Part shown: positions 36,700-46,138 of the stretch, one piece after another
How positions within the stretch are numbered: position 1 is the stretch's first letter
Layout of the letters: each line of letters opens with the position of its first letter
Origin: Escherichia phage ECML-359
Sequence record: OL631482.1
Direction: 5' to 3' (one strand)
Length of the DNA stretch: 64,000 bases
The notes under the pieces: generated by a model
Told to the model about the DNA's origin: nothing
Databases searched by the model: none
The model's input: the letters and a program-made list of their open reading frames with translations, nothing else
Translations under genes and position numbers: made by a program

Positions 36700-36707
36700 T
36701 ATTTATA
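36700..36707 (-). promoter_or_regulatory. T4-type late promoter TATAAATA
   Basis: Exact TATAAATA on minus strand 32 nt upstream of ATG 36668. Confidence 0.5.
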
Positions 36708-36901
36708 TTCCATAGTACCGGATGCACCATCCGCTCGGATTTCTCATACTACCGGACGCACCGTCCGCTCTGGAAAAACTCCGTTAAAAGGGTGCGCCGT
36801 TTCAGCTGTGGTAGTAAAGAACCAGAACACAGTAAAACTGTGGGAGGAACTATACTTCAGGGAACGTCAGTCCGACGACTTACCGGTAGCGACCCGGTTT
36901 C

Positions 36902-37141
36902 TCATTCAATTGTAATAGCTAATTTGACTTTAACAACCTTATAATTGGAATCAAGGTCATTGAATTCCATAAAATTTGTTGCTAATCTGCGAGTCGGGAA
37001 ACTTAGATATTTATTATGCTCAGGTGGAGCAGTTAATGCAAACCATGGGACTTGTTTATCATTTTCATCAAACTCATCAAAGCTATAAACCAGCTCGTTG
37101 TTGGTTATATCCATAACTGCATATGATTCACTAATAACCAT
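36902..37141 (-). CDS. hypothetical acidic protein (about 80 aa)
   Basis: Start at internal Met (37141) with GAGGAT SD so it does not overlap tRNA-Arg. Confidence 0.45.
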   Translation of the reverse strand: MVISESYAVMDITNNELVYSFDEFDENDKQVPWFALTAPPEHNKYLSFPTRRLATNFMEFNDLDSNYKVVKVKLAITIE

Positions 37142-37156
37142 AATATCCTCGGTAAT

Positions 37157-37233
37157 TGGTCGGGGTGGTGGGATTCTAACCCACAACCTACGGTTTAGAA
37201 GACCGTTGCTCTATACAATTGAGCTACACCCCG
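37157..37233 (-). tRNA. tRNA-Arg (anticodon UCU), CCA encoded
   Basis: Hand-folded cloverleaf: acceptor CGGGGTG/CACCCCG, D stem GCTC/GAGC, anticodon stem ACGGT/ACCGT, loop CTTCTAA, T stem GTGGG/CCCAC. Confidence 0.8.
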
Positions 37234-37235
37234 GG

Positions 37236-37309
37236 TGGCCCCATCCGGACTTGAACCGGAAACCTGCCAGTTATGAGCCGGATGCTCTAACCAATTGAGC
37301 TACAGGGCC
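37236..37309 (-). tRNA. tRNA with CAU anticodon (Met or Ile2)
   Basis: Hand-folded cloverleaf: D stem GCTC/GAGC, T stem TCCGG/CCGGA with TTCAAGT loop, anticodon loop CTCATAA; one anticodon-stem mismatch. Confidence 0.65.
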
Positions 37310-37314
37310 TAAAA

Positions 37315-37584
37315 TTAAATTACAAATCCAGCGGGAGCATTATCATCTTTAACCATATGCTGAATTGTATGATAAGTCATTTCTTCTGGTGCAACCAGAT
37401 AAGCCGCCGTATTAACCAACGGGATTAATTTGACTTTATTGAATGTTGAACAACCAATTGACATAAAGGTTTCACCTGTTGGATGCTGAATTTCACCAAA
37501 TTGGCACTCATACGAAATAGAGCAACGTTTGGTAGTGGTTGTCTTTGTTTTAGGGTCGTAAAAAGCTAATTTTAATACTAACAT
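37315..37584 (-). CDS. hypothetical protein (89 aa)
   Basis: ORF track. Confidence 0.45.
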   Translation of the reverse strand: MLVLKLAFYDPKTKTTTTKRCSISYECQFGEIQHPTGETFMSIGCSTFNKVKLIPLVNTAAYLVAPEEMTYHTIQHMVKDDNAPAGFVI

Positions 37585-37704
37585 AACACCTCAAGTAAAA
37601 TTAAGTAAAGTAAGTTTGATTAATAGCACATGCTATTATGAAAGGTTCTTTGAGGGAAGAACCTTTGGTAATAGAGGGTACTTATTAATAATAACGCGTT
37701 TTTG

Positions 37705-38187
37705 TTAAAGCATATCAAGCGCTTTAACAGATGGGATTTGGATTTCTTCTTCGATTATATATAGCTTAACATAAGAAATTACACGCATGAAATCGCCAGC
37801 ATATTCGCAAGCCATACCAAGGAGCTCAGTAAGGGCTTCATTCAGGTAGTATTCTTCATCATCGCCATTTAGCAATGCATCTAAATCTTCTACACCCAAA
37901 ACCTTACTTAAAAATTCATGGGTTAACTGACCAGATTTTACGCCAGATTCAATGTGGGCGATAACCAAGTGTTTAACCACATCCCATTTTGAATTACCAC
38001 ATTTGTTGTGGTTGTTGCAATGCGAACCATGGAAAAGTTCCAGGATATATTTGTACTGTTGGATTTCTTGTTCTTCTACGCCAAATACCGTTTGGGTTTT
38101 ATAATTATCACCATCATTTTCCCAGGTTTCAATTTCAATCACATAACCTTTAGGGATGGTCTGACCAAATTTGATATTCATAATCAA
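37705..38187 (-). CDS. hypothetical protein (160 aa)
   Basis: ORF track; HGSHCNNHNKCGNSKWD His/Cys cluster. Confidence 0.55.
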   Translation of the reverse strand: MIMNIKFGQTIPKGYVIEIETWENDGDNYKTQTVFGVEEQEIQQYKYILELFHGSHCNNHNKCGNSKWDVVKHLVIAHIESGVKSGQLTHEFLSKVLGVEDLDALLNGDDEEYYLNEALTELLGMACEYAGDFMRVISYVKLYIIEEEIQIPSVKALDML

Positions 38188-38612
38188 CCTTCATCAACAA
38201 TAGTATGTGTATTAGCATTAACAATCTGCCACCAGTCAAAACGGTTGGAACCATAACAAGGCTTCTTCTCGTTTTCTTTAATGATATCACGCAGTTCATC
38301 TTCAGTCGCAGCTTTTGCAATTAAGTCAGCATAACCGCCACGAGGATAATAGCTATCACCTGCAAAGAGCAAAAAGTTTGTTTTGATATTCTTGAATTCT
38401 TCAAGTGTAATAACTGTTCCATTGGGTTGAACAATATCCACATAACTATACCCTAATTCCTGGGCTTTATCTACCGCCTCAAGCAGGGTGTCGTGTGCCC
38501 ACCCAATTTGACAATCTGGTTTTTCAGATGGGTTTGCCTGATAATCCGCATACACTTTATACATTTTACTCACCTTTGGAGATTTTATCCATAACGAAAG
38601 AGATTGAACCAA
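38184..38612 (-). CDS. hypothetical protein (142 aa)
   Basis: ORF track. Confidence 0.5.
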   Translation of the reverse strand: MVQSLSLWIKSPKVSKMYKVYADYQANPSEKPDCQIGWAHDTLLEAVDKAQELGYSYVDIVQPNGTVITLEEFKNIKTNFLLFAGDSYYPRGGYADLIAKAATEDELRDIIKENEKKPCYGSNRFDWWQIVNANTHTIVDEG

Positions 38613-38751
38613 TTAAAAATGCAACTACTAAAGAGATTATATTCTCAGAAGTTGAAAGCATATTCAACATAAAGCCAGCAAACATGCTAAAACCAAAAGC
38701 GGTAACAGCAACAAGGGCAGTAACATTTCTAATTAATTCGCAACGTTTCAT
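38566..38751 (-). CDS. hypothetical small membrane protein (61 aa)
   Basis: Two hydrophobic segments; directly downstream of promoter cassette. Confidence 0.4.
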   Translation of the reverse strand: MKRCELIRNVTALVAVTAFGFSMFAGFMLNMLSTSENIISLVVAFLIGSISFVMDKISKGE

Positions 38752-38779
38752 TTTATTCTCCTCAGTAGTTGATGGGATA

Positions 38780-38808
38780 ATTATACGCTATCCCATTCAA
38801 AAGTACAC
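38780..38808 (-). promoter_or_regulatory. early promoter candidate (-35 GTGTAC, 17 bp, -10 TATAAT) inside palindrome
   Basis: Minus-strand reading GTGTACttttgaatgggatagcgTATAAT, then leader tatcccatcaactactgaggagaataaa. Confidence 0.45.
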
Positions 38809-39063
38809 TTATTTTTTAGGGATACGATAGTAACGCATCTCAACATCTTTCTGCTTGTGCCACTTTTTGATAAGGTCTTCAGAACCTTTAATGGTAACGA
38901 TGTCATAGCGACCATCATGCGATACTTCAGCACTTAACTGCATGAAGTTGTCTAGTGAACGGCGCAATTCCTCATTAGAAAAACTACCACGCGGGGAACC
39001 AACATAAGCAAACTCAACTTTTGCATCTGCGGCTTCGTTAATAAATTCTTGATAAGTTTTCAT
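38809..39063 (-). CDS. internal-protein-like virion protein with capsid-targeting N-terminus
   Basis: Starts MKTYQEFINEAA. Confidence 0.65.
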   Translation of the reverse strand: MKTYQEFINEAADAKVEFAYVGSPRGSFSNEELRRSLDNFMQLSAEVSHDGRYDIVTIKGSEDLIKKWHKQKDVEMRYYRIPKK

Positions 39064-39088
39064 GTTGTCTCCAGTAGTTGATGAGATA

Positions 39089-39118
39089 ATTATACTGCAG
39101 TTATCCCATCGCGTATAC
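39089..39118 (-). promoter_or_regulatory. early promoter candidate (-35 GTATAC, 18 bp, -10 TATAAT)
   Basis: Minus-strand reading GTATACgcgatgggataactgcagTATAAT, then leader tatctcatcaactactggagacaac. Confidence 0.45.
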
Positions 39119-39119
39119 T

Positions 39120-39362
39120 TTATTTTAAGTCTTCCAGACGTTTTTTCATCTTGGTGCCGTTCTTAGCAATCTCGCCTGCATCAGAACAAAGAGCAAGGAG
39201 AGCTTTAACTTTACCCTGGTCGCCTTTAAAAGATGATGCATCTACTGAATCAGCAAGTTCTTTGATACGTGCAAACAGGCGCTCTGCTTCAGCAAGGGCT
39301 TGACCAAGTTTAACTTCCATACCATGGGAAGATTCTGTTATAAATGTTTGATAAGTTTTCAT
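39120..39362 (-). CDS. internal-protein-like virion protein with capsid-targeting N-terminus
   Basis: Starts MKTYQTFITESS. Confidence 0.65.
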   Translation of the reverse strand: MKTYQTFITESSHGMEVKLGQALAEAERLFARIKELADSVDASSFKGDQGKVKALLALCSDAGEIAKNGTKMKKRLEDLK

Positions 39363-39384
39363 GTTGTCTCCAAGCCATAAAAAG

Positions 39385-39400
39385 GGGATAATTATCCCCT
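39385..39400. terminator. perfect 16-bp palindrome GGGGATAATTATCCCC flanked by A4/T4, terminator-like
   Basis: Looks like a collapsed copy of the promoter-cassette palindrome lacking a separate -10. Confidence 0.45.
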
Positions 39401-39407
39401 TTTGTTA

Positions 39408-39707
39408 TTACATCTTACTACCACGAATTACGCCATAAGCAGCGAAGTCGTCAGTGATATTTTTAGGAGTGTTTTTACCCGTTTCAATGAAAGCGATGCT
39501 TGATTTCTGACTAAAAGAGGTAATTTTGTTATAGTTAGAGTCAAGGAAGGTATAACCATTTTTACGCAGCTGGTCAAAGTCTTCAGCGTCGCCTTTACCT
39601 TTGAAGTCAACCCATTTGTAGGTGTTTTTCTTCTGAAGGCCCAGAGGCCAGGTTTTTGCTTCTGCCAGGTAATTGTTTTCTACCAAAAATTCATGAAAAG
39701 TTTGCAT
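39408..39707 (-). CDS. internal-protein-like virion protein with capsid-targeting N-terminus
   Basis: Starts MQTFHEFLVEN; mature part paralogous to 25909..26172. Confidence 0.65.
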   Translation of the reverse strand: MQTFHEFLVENNYLAEAKTWPLGLQKKNTYKWVDFKGKGDAEDFDQLRKNGYTFLDSNYNKITSFSQKSSIAFIETGKNTPKNITDDFAAYGVIRGSKM

Positions 39708-39715
39708 TTGAAATC

Positions 39716-39988
39716 CTATTTAAGATAAATTGCGTATTTTTTATAACCAGCCGTCTCATGGCGAAGACCCTTGTCATTGGCAAAACGCTCAATGTTATTA
39801 ATTTGGTTCTGGTCAAGTTCTGAAATGCCAAACGCGAAAAAGTTGCGTTTGTTGCCAATTGTTATATGGTCAGTTAAGTCAATGCTATACAGGTGATTGA
39901 TATTGTCAATCATAGCTTTGACTGCTTTACTAATTTTTACTTCTTCATTTAGTTGTGACTCGTTGAAAAATTCATTGAAAGTTTTCAT
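39716..39988 (-). CDS. internal-protein-like virion protein with capsid-targeting N-terminus
   Basis: Starts MKTFNEFFNES. Confidence 0.6.
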   Translation of the reverse strand: MKTFNEFFNESQLNEEVKISKAVKAMIDNINHLYSIDLTDHITIGNKRNFFAFGISELDQNQINNIERFANDKGLRHETAGYKKYAIYLK

Positions 39989-39996
39989 AAGAAACC

Positions 39997-40329
39997 TTAT
40001 TTATAAAGTTTTGCTAGTTCTTTACGTCCGCGAGCAGACATAATAAATTGTTCATCGCCAATTTTAAAATAAGCCATACCGCCGTCAACAGCGATACCAA
40101 TTTCTTTAGTACCTTCTTTGCCTTTCCACTTGCCACCAGATTTCAGGACAGCTTCAACTGCAGCTTTGGAATATTTGGACGTTTGAAAACGTTCATTACC
40201 AATCTGAAAGAAAACACCATCTGCATTTTTGGTTAAACCAAATTTCAGGGAGCCTTCACTATCATCAATTGATTTGGTCTCATTGATGGCGGATTCGGCT
40301 AAAAACTCGTTGTAAGTTTTGATGTTCAT
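39997..40329 (-). CDS. internal-protein-like virion protein with capsid-targeting-like N-terminus
   Basis: Starts MNIKTYNEFLAES; Gly/Lys-rich mature part. Confidence 0.55.
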   Translation of the reverse strand: MNIKTYNEFLAESAINETKSIDDSEGSLKFGLTKNADGVFFQIGNERFQTSKYSKAAVEAVLKSGGKWKGKEGTKEIGIAVDGGMAYFKIGDEQFIMSARGRKELAKLYK

Positions 40330-40364
40330 ATTAACTCCGTTTGTTCATTCGTTGGTGTAGGAAC

Positions 40365-40393
40365 ATAATACTGCACCTACACTTATTTGTACA
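40365..40393 (-). promoter_or_regulatory. early promoter (-35 TGTACA, 17 bp, -10 TATTAT) inside palindrome
   Basis: Minus-strand reading TGTACAaataagtgtaggtgcagTATTAT; arms GTGTAGG/CCTACAC flank the -10. Confidence 0.5.
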
Positions 40394-41084
<691 letters not shown>

Positions 41085-41085
<1 letters not shown>

Positions 41086-41762
41086 TATATTACCTTATTA
41101 ATTTTATCAAAAAGTTCTTCGAGTGTGCCATCGTTTTTAATAACAATGTCACTAGCTAGTGGTGGAAGTCCAGCTTCCGTAATGTGTGTATCGGTAGAAT
41201 GATTTGCTTCATCGCGTTCTACAAAGATTATTGTAGCACCCATCGCCCGAAGCGAATCAAGTTCGTTCTTTTGACGAACATCTGGGACAACGTAATATTT
41301 ATATCCAGAATAGAGGTTGTCAAGATAATCGCACGCAAAAGTTTTAATCCAAAACATGCTGTCGAACTCTGTACAAACGATGTCAGTTCCAAGGGTCTGC
41401 ATGAAACGTCTAACTGTCCAGGGCTCAACATTATTTAGTGTGTGAAATTCAATGATTTTACGAACCATATCTGGATTCGGAAGGTCAAGATTGTATTGTT
41501 GTTTCAACCATTCAAGAGCATCAACCAGAAGAATATAAGCTTCGGTGTTGTTCATTATCAAGGTTTTTTCACGGTCATAACCTTGTCCATCAAAATTTTC
41601 CAGGGTCAAATTGTGTGGCAGGTCTTGACGAATCCACGCTTTATAAAGCGCTTCTTTAATCGGACCTGCAAGCTGCCACTTTGTTCCGTTTTGACTAATA
41701 ACATAATCAGCAGTCGTATCTTTACCACTGCGTTTTTTACCCACAATCGCAATTAATTTCAT
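41085..41762 (-). CDS. 1: deoxynucleoside monophosphate kinase gp1
   Basis: MKLIAIVGKKRSGKDTTADYV...YQLAGPIKEAL matches T4 gp1 as recalled; P-loop. Confidence 0.9.
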
Positions 41763-42358
41763 ACGTTTCTCATAGATGGATGCATTGACTTAGACCTGAT
41801 TTCCTGTTGCATTGCTGCATTACTATCAATCTGTGGTCTACCTTCTATTATTATACCATCAATTTCTACAGCAAAAGACTTAAAGTTAAAAGTTGCTGTT
41901 GCATTGATAGCCGGGTCAGAATCTTCTTTATATGAGTACTGAATCTCTGACAGGTCGGACGGCCATGCTCCATAGTAATGGATTGACATGACAATTTTGT
42001 CCTTGTTGTTATCTAAGATATGAAGCGTGACCGCTTCGGGGCGACCCTTCGGATGCCATGCCTTCGATTCGTGTGTGATGTAGTTGTTGAGCGAGAGCAT
42101 CCATTTATAAATGTCAAGCCATGCTCTTAGGTCTTTGTCACACAGAAAGTTAACAATCAGTGGGTCGAATTCTATTGTACTACCAGGAAGACTGGAGCGA
42201 TTTATACCTTGTGTTCCCCCAGGAACATCTGTCACAGGGATGTGAACACCAGGGAGGGTAACGTCTTGAACGTTGAGTTTAAAGGTCTGTGTGAGGTTTG
42301 AATCGCTTACCTCTAATATAAAGTTAGTCGTGTTAGTTTGATTATATAAACCTGACAT
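41759..42358 (-). CDS. 3: tail tube terminator / sheath stabiliser gp3
   Basis: Start at MSGLYNQTNTTNF (track ORF extends upstream without SD); between gp1 and gp2 as in T4. Confidence 0.8.
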   Translation of the reverse strand: MSGLYNQTNTTNFILEVSDSNLTQTFKLNVQDVTLPGVHIPVTDVPGGTQGINRSSLPGSTIEFDPLIVNFLCDKDLRAWLDIYKWMLSLNNYITHESKAWHPKGRPEAVTLHILDNNKDKIVMSIHYYGAWPSDLSEIQYSYKEDSDPAINATATFNFKSFAVEIDGIIIEGRPQIDSNAAMQQEIRSKSMHPSMRNV

Positions 42359-42443
42359 AATGCACCTTGTTTGCTTTAAAACAATCAGTGTTATAATGGT
42401 TCTAGACCTTTTGTCCTTACCAATAACACTGACCGATAATAGA

Positions 42444-43277
42444 TTATGAATTTCTCCATACTTTCTGGGAAGAGAATCTTTTGCCTTTCGACATAAATTG
42501 TTGCAACGGAAGCATAACAACGTTTGCCCAGTCGCTGGGCTTGATTTCAGTGATAGTACCTTTTATATTGCCAGGTATATATGCTTTAATCATCTGGTCA
42601 GCCCCTTTAAATCCCTTCACCTTTGACCAATCAATCTTCAGATGAGTCTTGTTCGTAATCGTAGGAGTATTAGCATATTGCTTAAGAAGTTCCTCAAGGA
42701 ACTCTTGACGTGCCTTCGGTGGAATATAGTGCAAGTTCAAACCGTACATCAAATTATGCTTACCTAGACCAAGATAAATGATTAACGGATATTTGTCCCA
42801 GTACGGAAGAGTATCCTTATGCTTTGCATCATAGATATAAGCATAAAGTTTGCCTGGTTGAGGTTTAGCCGTTACGTGACCGCGAACTGATTTCTTAATT
42901 GTCTCTGCGAACCATCTGGCGGATTTGGTGTTGCTTGCAGCGCCTTCGTTAGCAATCTTATCTCTTATGCTCTTCCTAAAGCTATTCACCATTATCAGCT
43001 GGCGTTCAGCCTTCGTAAGTTTACCAGCAGGTTTCTTTTTGAGCTTGGATACTTTATAAGCAGTCTGAATTCTTGAATGATACCTCGACATGCTTTTGGT
43101 AAAGGTCGAATAATTGATTCCTTTCTCTTCAGCAAACTTCTTCGAGGTCATTCCCTTTTCTTTTGCTGTATAAAATTCAACCCCTATCTCAACCCATTGT
43201 TGTTCGGATTTACTGGGTTTCGGACCTGGTTTATCTGCAGATTCATTGATAAATGTAAAAATACTCATCCTTTCCAT
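42444..43277 (-). CDS. 2: DNA end-protector protein gp2
   Basis: Basic protein in T4 gp2 position; alternative start ATG 43268 (MSIFTF). Confidence 0.85.
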   Translation of the reverse strand: MERMSIFTFINESADKPGPKPSKSEQQWVEIGVEFYTAKEKGMTSKKFAEEKGINYSTFTKSMSRYHSRIQTAYKVSKLKKKPAGKLTKAERQLIMVNSFRKSIRDKIANEGAASNTKSARWFAETIKKSVRGHVTAKPQPGKLYAYIYDAKHKDTLPYWDKYPLIIYLGLGKHNLMYGLNLHYIPPKARQEFLEELLKQYANTPTITNKTHLKIDWSKVKGFKGADQMIKAYIPGNIKGTITEIKPSDWANVVMLPLQQFMSKGKRFSSQKVWRNS

Positions 43278-43714
43278 CCTAATTTTTTCAGTGAGTTTTC
43301 AGTGATTATCCTGAACGTTATACCCATTTTATCTGCGGTAGCTTGCGCAGCTTTCCATTTGTCAGAGTTAACACTCCAGGTGTACATCTCGTTAATAAAT
43401 CTCTTTTTACTCGCGGCTGTATTATTAACCGGTTTGGTTGGAGGTCTTGTTTCTTTTAATGGCTTAACTTCAAAAAAGAACTGTTGTCCTGTATCAAACT
43501 TAACCCAGAAATCCATATAATATCTGCGCTTTTTCCCTTCAGCATTGCAGAAGTATGGAATAATCACAGTCTCAGAACCCCATTGAACAACGTTCGGATG
43601 GTTGTCGAGCCATCTCATCAACCACGCCTCCCAGCTTGACCGGTATTGTATTTTCTTCCAGTCGCCCTTATATTTTTCTATATTAGTGGGCTTAAATTTC
43701 CCGGAGTATGCCAT
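43265..43714 (-). CDS. 4: head completion protein gp4
   Basis: 149 aa; [31 protein letters not shown]...[10 protein letters not shown] matches T4 gp4 as recalled. Confidence 0.9.
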   Translation of the reverse strand: MAYSGKFKPTNIEKYKGDWKKIQYRSSWEAWLMRWLDNHPNVVQWGSETVIIPYFCNAEGKKRRYYMDFWVKFDTGQQFFFEVKPLKETRPPTKPVNNTAASKKRFINEMYTWSVNSDKWKAAQATADKMGITFRIITENSLKKLGWKG

Positions 43715-43762
43715 ATAGCCTCCTAATAAATATTGATATACTTATTTATAAATGGAGGCTTT

Positions 43763-44365
43763 ATGCTTTTTTCATTTTTTAACCCAATTGATTATGATGC
43801 TAAAACAATCAGAAAAAACTCGGCATCATTAACGAAAGAAGATGTCTTAAGCATCCCAATGACTGACATCTTCAGAAACTATCGTGCATATTTTGATAAG
43901 GTCGCGGTTAATTATACACCGAAAACATATTACATCGCCGGAGCTCCGAGACCTGAAGAACTTGCATATCAGCTCTATGGTAATACTCAACTCTATTGGG
44001 TTCTCCTTATGCTTAATAATATCTATGACCCGTATTATGGTTGGATATGTTCACAAGAATCATCATATCAGGCATCAATTCAACGCTATTCGAATATAGG
44101 TGGTAATCAGGTCCTTTATCATGTAAATGAAGACGGTGAAAAATTCTGGAATCTTGTTTCTTATCCTGATAATCCATACACATGGTATGATAAAGGTGAT
44201 AAGAACAAATTATACCCACAGTATGAAGGCCCATTAGCTGCAGTGGATATCTACGAAGATGCTATTCGCAAAAATGAATATAAACGAGAAATAAAGATAA
44301 TCGACCCTAATGATATCGAATCATTTATTTCGGCATTAATCCGCGAGATGGAGAAGGCGCTATGA
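43763..44365 (+). CDS. 53: baseplate wedge protein gp53
   Basis: Start at MLFSFFNPIDYDAKT with GGAGG SD (track start is an upstream TTG); PMTDIFRNY...YWVLLM...DPYYGW matches T4 gp53 as recalled. Confidence 0.85.
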   Translation: MLFSFFNPIDYDAKTIRKNSASLTKEDVLSIPMTDIFRNYRAYFDKVAVNYTPKTYYIAGAPRPEELAYQLYGNTQLYWVLLMLNNIYDPYYGWICSQESSYQASIQRYSNIGGNQVLYHVNEDGEKFWNLVSYPDNPYTWYDKGDKNKLYPQYEGPLAAVDIYEDAIRKNEYKREIKIIDPNDIESFISALIREMEKAL

Positions 44366-46104
44366 TTAATATGTCAGATAGTGTAAGTTGGTTCGTCGGT
44401 GTTGTCGAAGACCGAATGGACCCACTTCAACAAGGTCGTGTTCGGGTTCGGGTATGGGGTATGCATCCATATGAGAAATCACAAGGGCCTGTAAAAGGTA
44501 TCAGAACTGAAGACCTACCATGGATGTCCGTACTGATGCCAACATCATCTGCATCGGTTTCCGGTATTCAAACTGCCATGACTGGTATGGTACCAGGGAC
44601 TCAGGTATATGGTCACTTTTTGGACAAGTGGAAGCTCAATGGATTAGTCCTTGGTACATATGGCTCAGCATCAAGACAGAAGGCAAACACAACAGAAGGT
44701 TTTAGTGACCCCACAGGGCAATATCCACTTTATGTGGGCAATGATGCTGCTGCGCTTAACCGAGGCGGTGAGGTCGGTTATGATGACACTTCAAACGTAA
44801 TACAAGATGCAAACACTGATGTAGGTATTAATCCAGACGGGTTAGATTTAAGCCAAGTTAAGCCTGATGATAATCCTAATTTCACAATAGAAAACATGCT
44901 TCACCGCGATGAAGGTCTTCGTCTGAAAGTATATTGGGACACTGAAGGTTATCCTACTATAGGTATAGGACACTTAATTACACCACAACCTATTAGAGAT
45001 ATGAATCAGATAAACAAAATATTATCTAATCAAATAGGCCGTGAAGTTAAAGGTAACCCTGGTGCAATATCAATGGACGAGGCTTCTAAGTTATTCCAAG
45101 AAGACCTTAAAAAAGTCCAAAATGATATAGGTAGACATAGTGTTGTAGGTCCGGTTTACAATAAAGAAAACCGTTCAAGACAAATGGCTCTTGAAAACAT
45201 GGCTTTCCAAATGGGATTAGGTGGACTTGCTAAATTCCGTGGAATGCTTAGTGCAATGTTAATAGGCGATTATAAAAAGGCATTTGAAGAAGCTCGCAAT
45301 TCAGTATGGTTTAACCAAACTAAAGGACGTGCATCAAGGGTATCAATGATTATCCTCACCGGTAATATGGAATCATACGGTATTATGGCCCCAAAAGAAA
45401 TGGAATTTAATGGGCGTTCTTATAGGATGATTCAAACCTTTGCAGCCCCTACAAATTCCGACCCGGCCGACCCGTGGACTCCAGAAGATACGAGGATTCT
45501 GTTTAAAGAGCCAGAATCAAGTTACAAGGGCGAATATCCTTATGTGCAGACAATGCAAACTGAAGGCGGTCATATTCAGGAATTCGATAATACTCCAGGA
45601 CAAGAACGTTATCGATTGATTCATCCGACTGGTTCCTATGAGGAAGTTGCACCAGATGGTCGTAAGACTTCGAAGACGGTAGCCGATGGCTATTATATGA
45701 CCCAGGGCGATTCAAGCACTTATGTTGGCGGGAATAATAAAGTCAACGTTGGCGGTGATGAAACCTATTACAATATGGCTAACGTTCGTCGTCAGACCGA
45801 TGGAAACGAAACCATCCATATTCGTGGTAACGAAGAGAAAACTGTAGAAGGTAATGGAACACTCAGAGTTAAAGGCAACGTTACTGTTATTGTTGAAGGA
45901 AATGCTGATGTTACTGTTAAGGGTGATGCGACTACCTTAGTAGAAGGTAATGAAACTCGCACGACTAATGGTAATTTAAACTGGACTGTAAATGGTACCG
46001 TATCTTGGACTTGTGCAGGTGCTTGGTCCGAGACTATGGCTTCAATGAGTTCTATTGCATCTGGTCAATATACTATTGATGGTTCGAGGATTGACATTGG
46101 CTAA
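44362..46104 (+). CDS. 5: baseplate hub/cell-puncturing protein gp5 with lysozyme domain
   Basis: 580 aa; WFVGVVED..DP.QQGRVRVR N-terminus, lysozyme core YWDTEGYPTIGIGHLIT, C-terminal beta-helix repeats. Confidence 0.9.
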   Translation: MINMSDSVSWFVGVVEDRMDPLQQGRVRVRVWGMHPYEKSQGPVKGIRTEDLPWMSVLMPTSSASVSGIQTAMTGMVPGTQVYGHFLDKWKLNGLVLGTYGSASRQKANTTEGFSDPTGQYPLYVGNDAAALNRGGEVGYDDTSNVIQDANTDVGINPDGLDLSQVKPDDNPNFTIENMLHRDEGLRLKVYWDTEGYPTIGIGHLITPQPIRDMNQINKILSNQIGREVKGNPGAISMDEASKLFQEDLKKVQNDIGRHSVVGPVYNKENRSRQMALENMAFQMGLGGLAKFRGMLSAMLIGDYKKAFEEARNSVWFNQTKGRASRVSMIILTGNMESYGIMAPKEMEFNGRSYRMIQTFAAPTNSDPADPWTPEDTRILFKEPESSYKGEYPYVQTMQTEGGHIQEFDNTPGQERYRLIHPTGSYEEVAPDGRKTSKTVADGYYMTQGDSSTYVGGNNKVNVGGDETYYNMANVRRQTDGNETIHIRGNEEKTVEGNGTLRVKGNVTVIVEGNADVTVKGDATTLVEGNETRTTNGNLNWTVNGTVSWTCAGAWSETMASMSSIASGQYTIDGSRIDIG

Positions 46105-46138
46105 TATACTTCCAATGAGCACTGACCTAGGAGACTCC

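Noticed and set aside
43733-43762. Track-predicted upstream starts for gp53 (43733), gp3 (42520), wac (57926), gp7 (48820), nudE (27699) and regB (23774)
   Set aside because: These extensions begin at non-ATG or unsupported codons inside the preceding gene or terminator; downstream ATGs with SD sequences reproduce the T4 N-termini.
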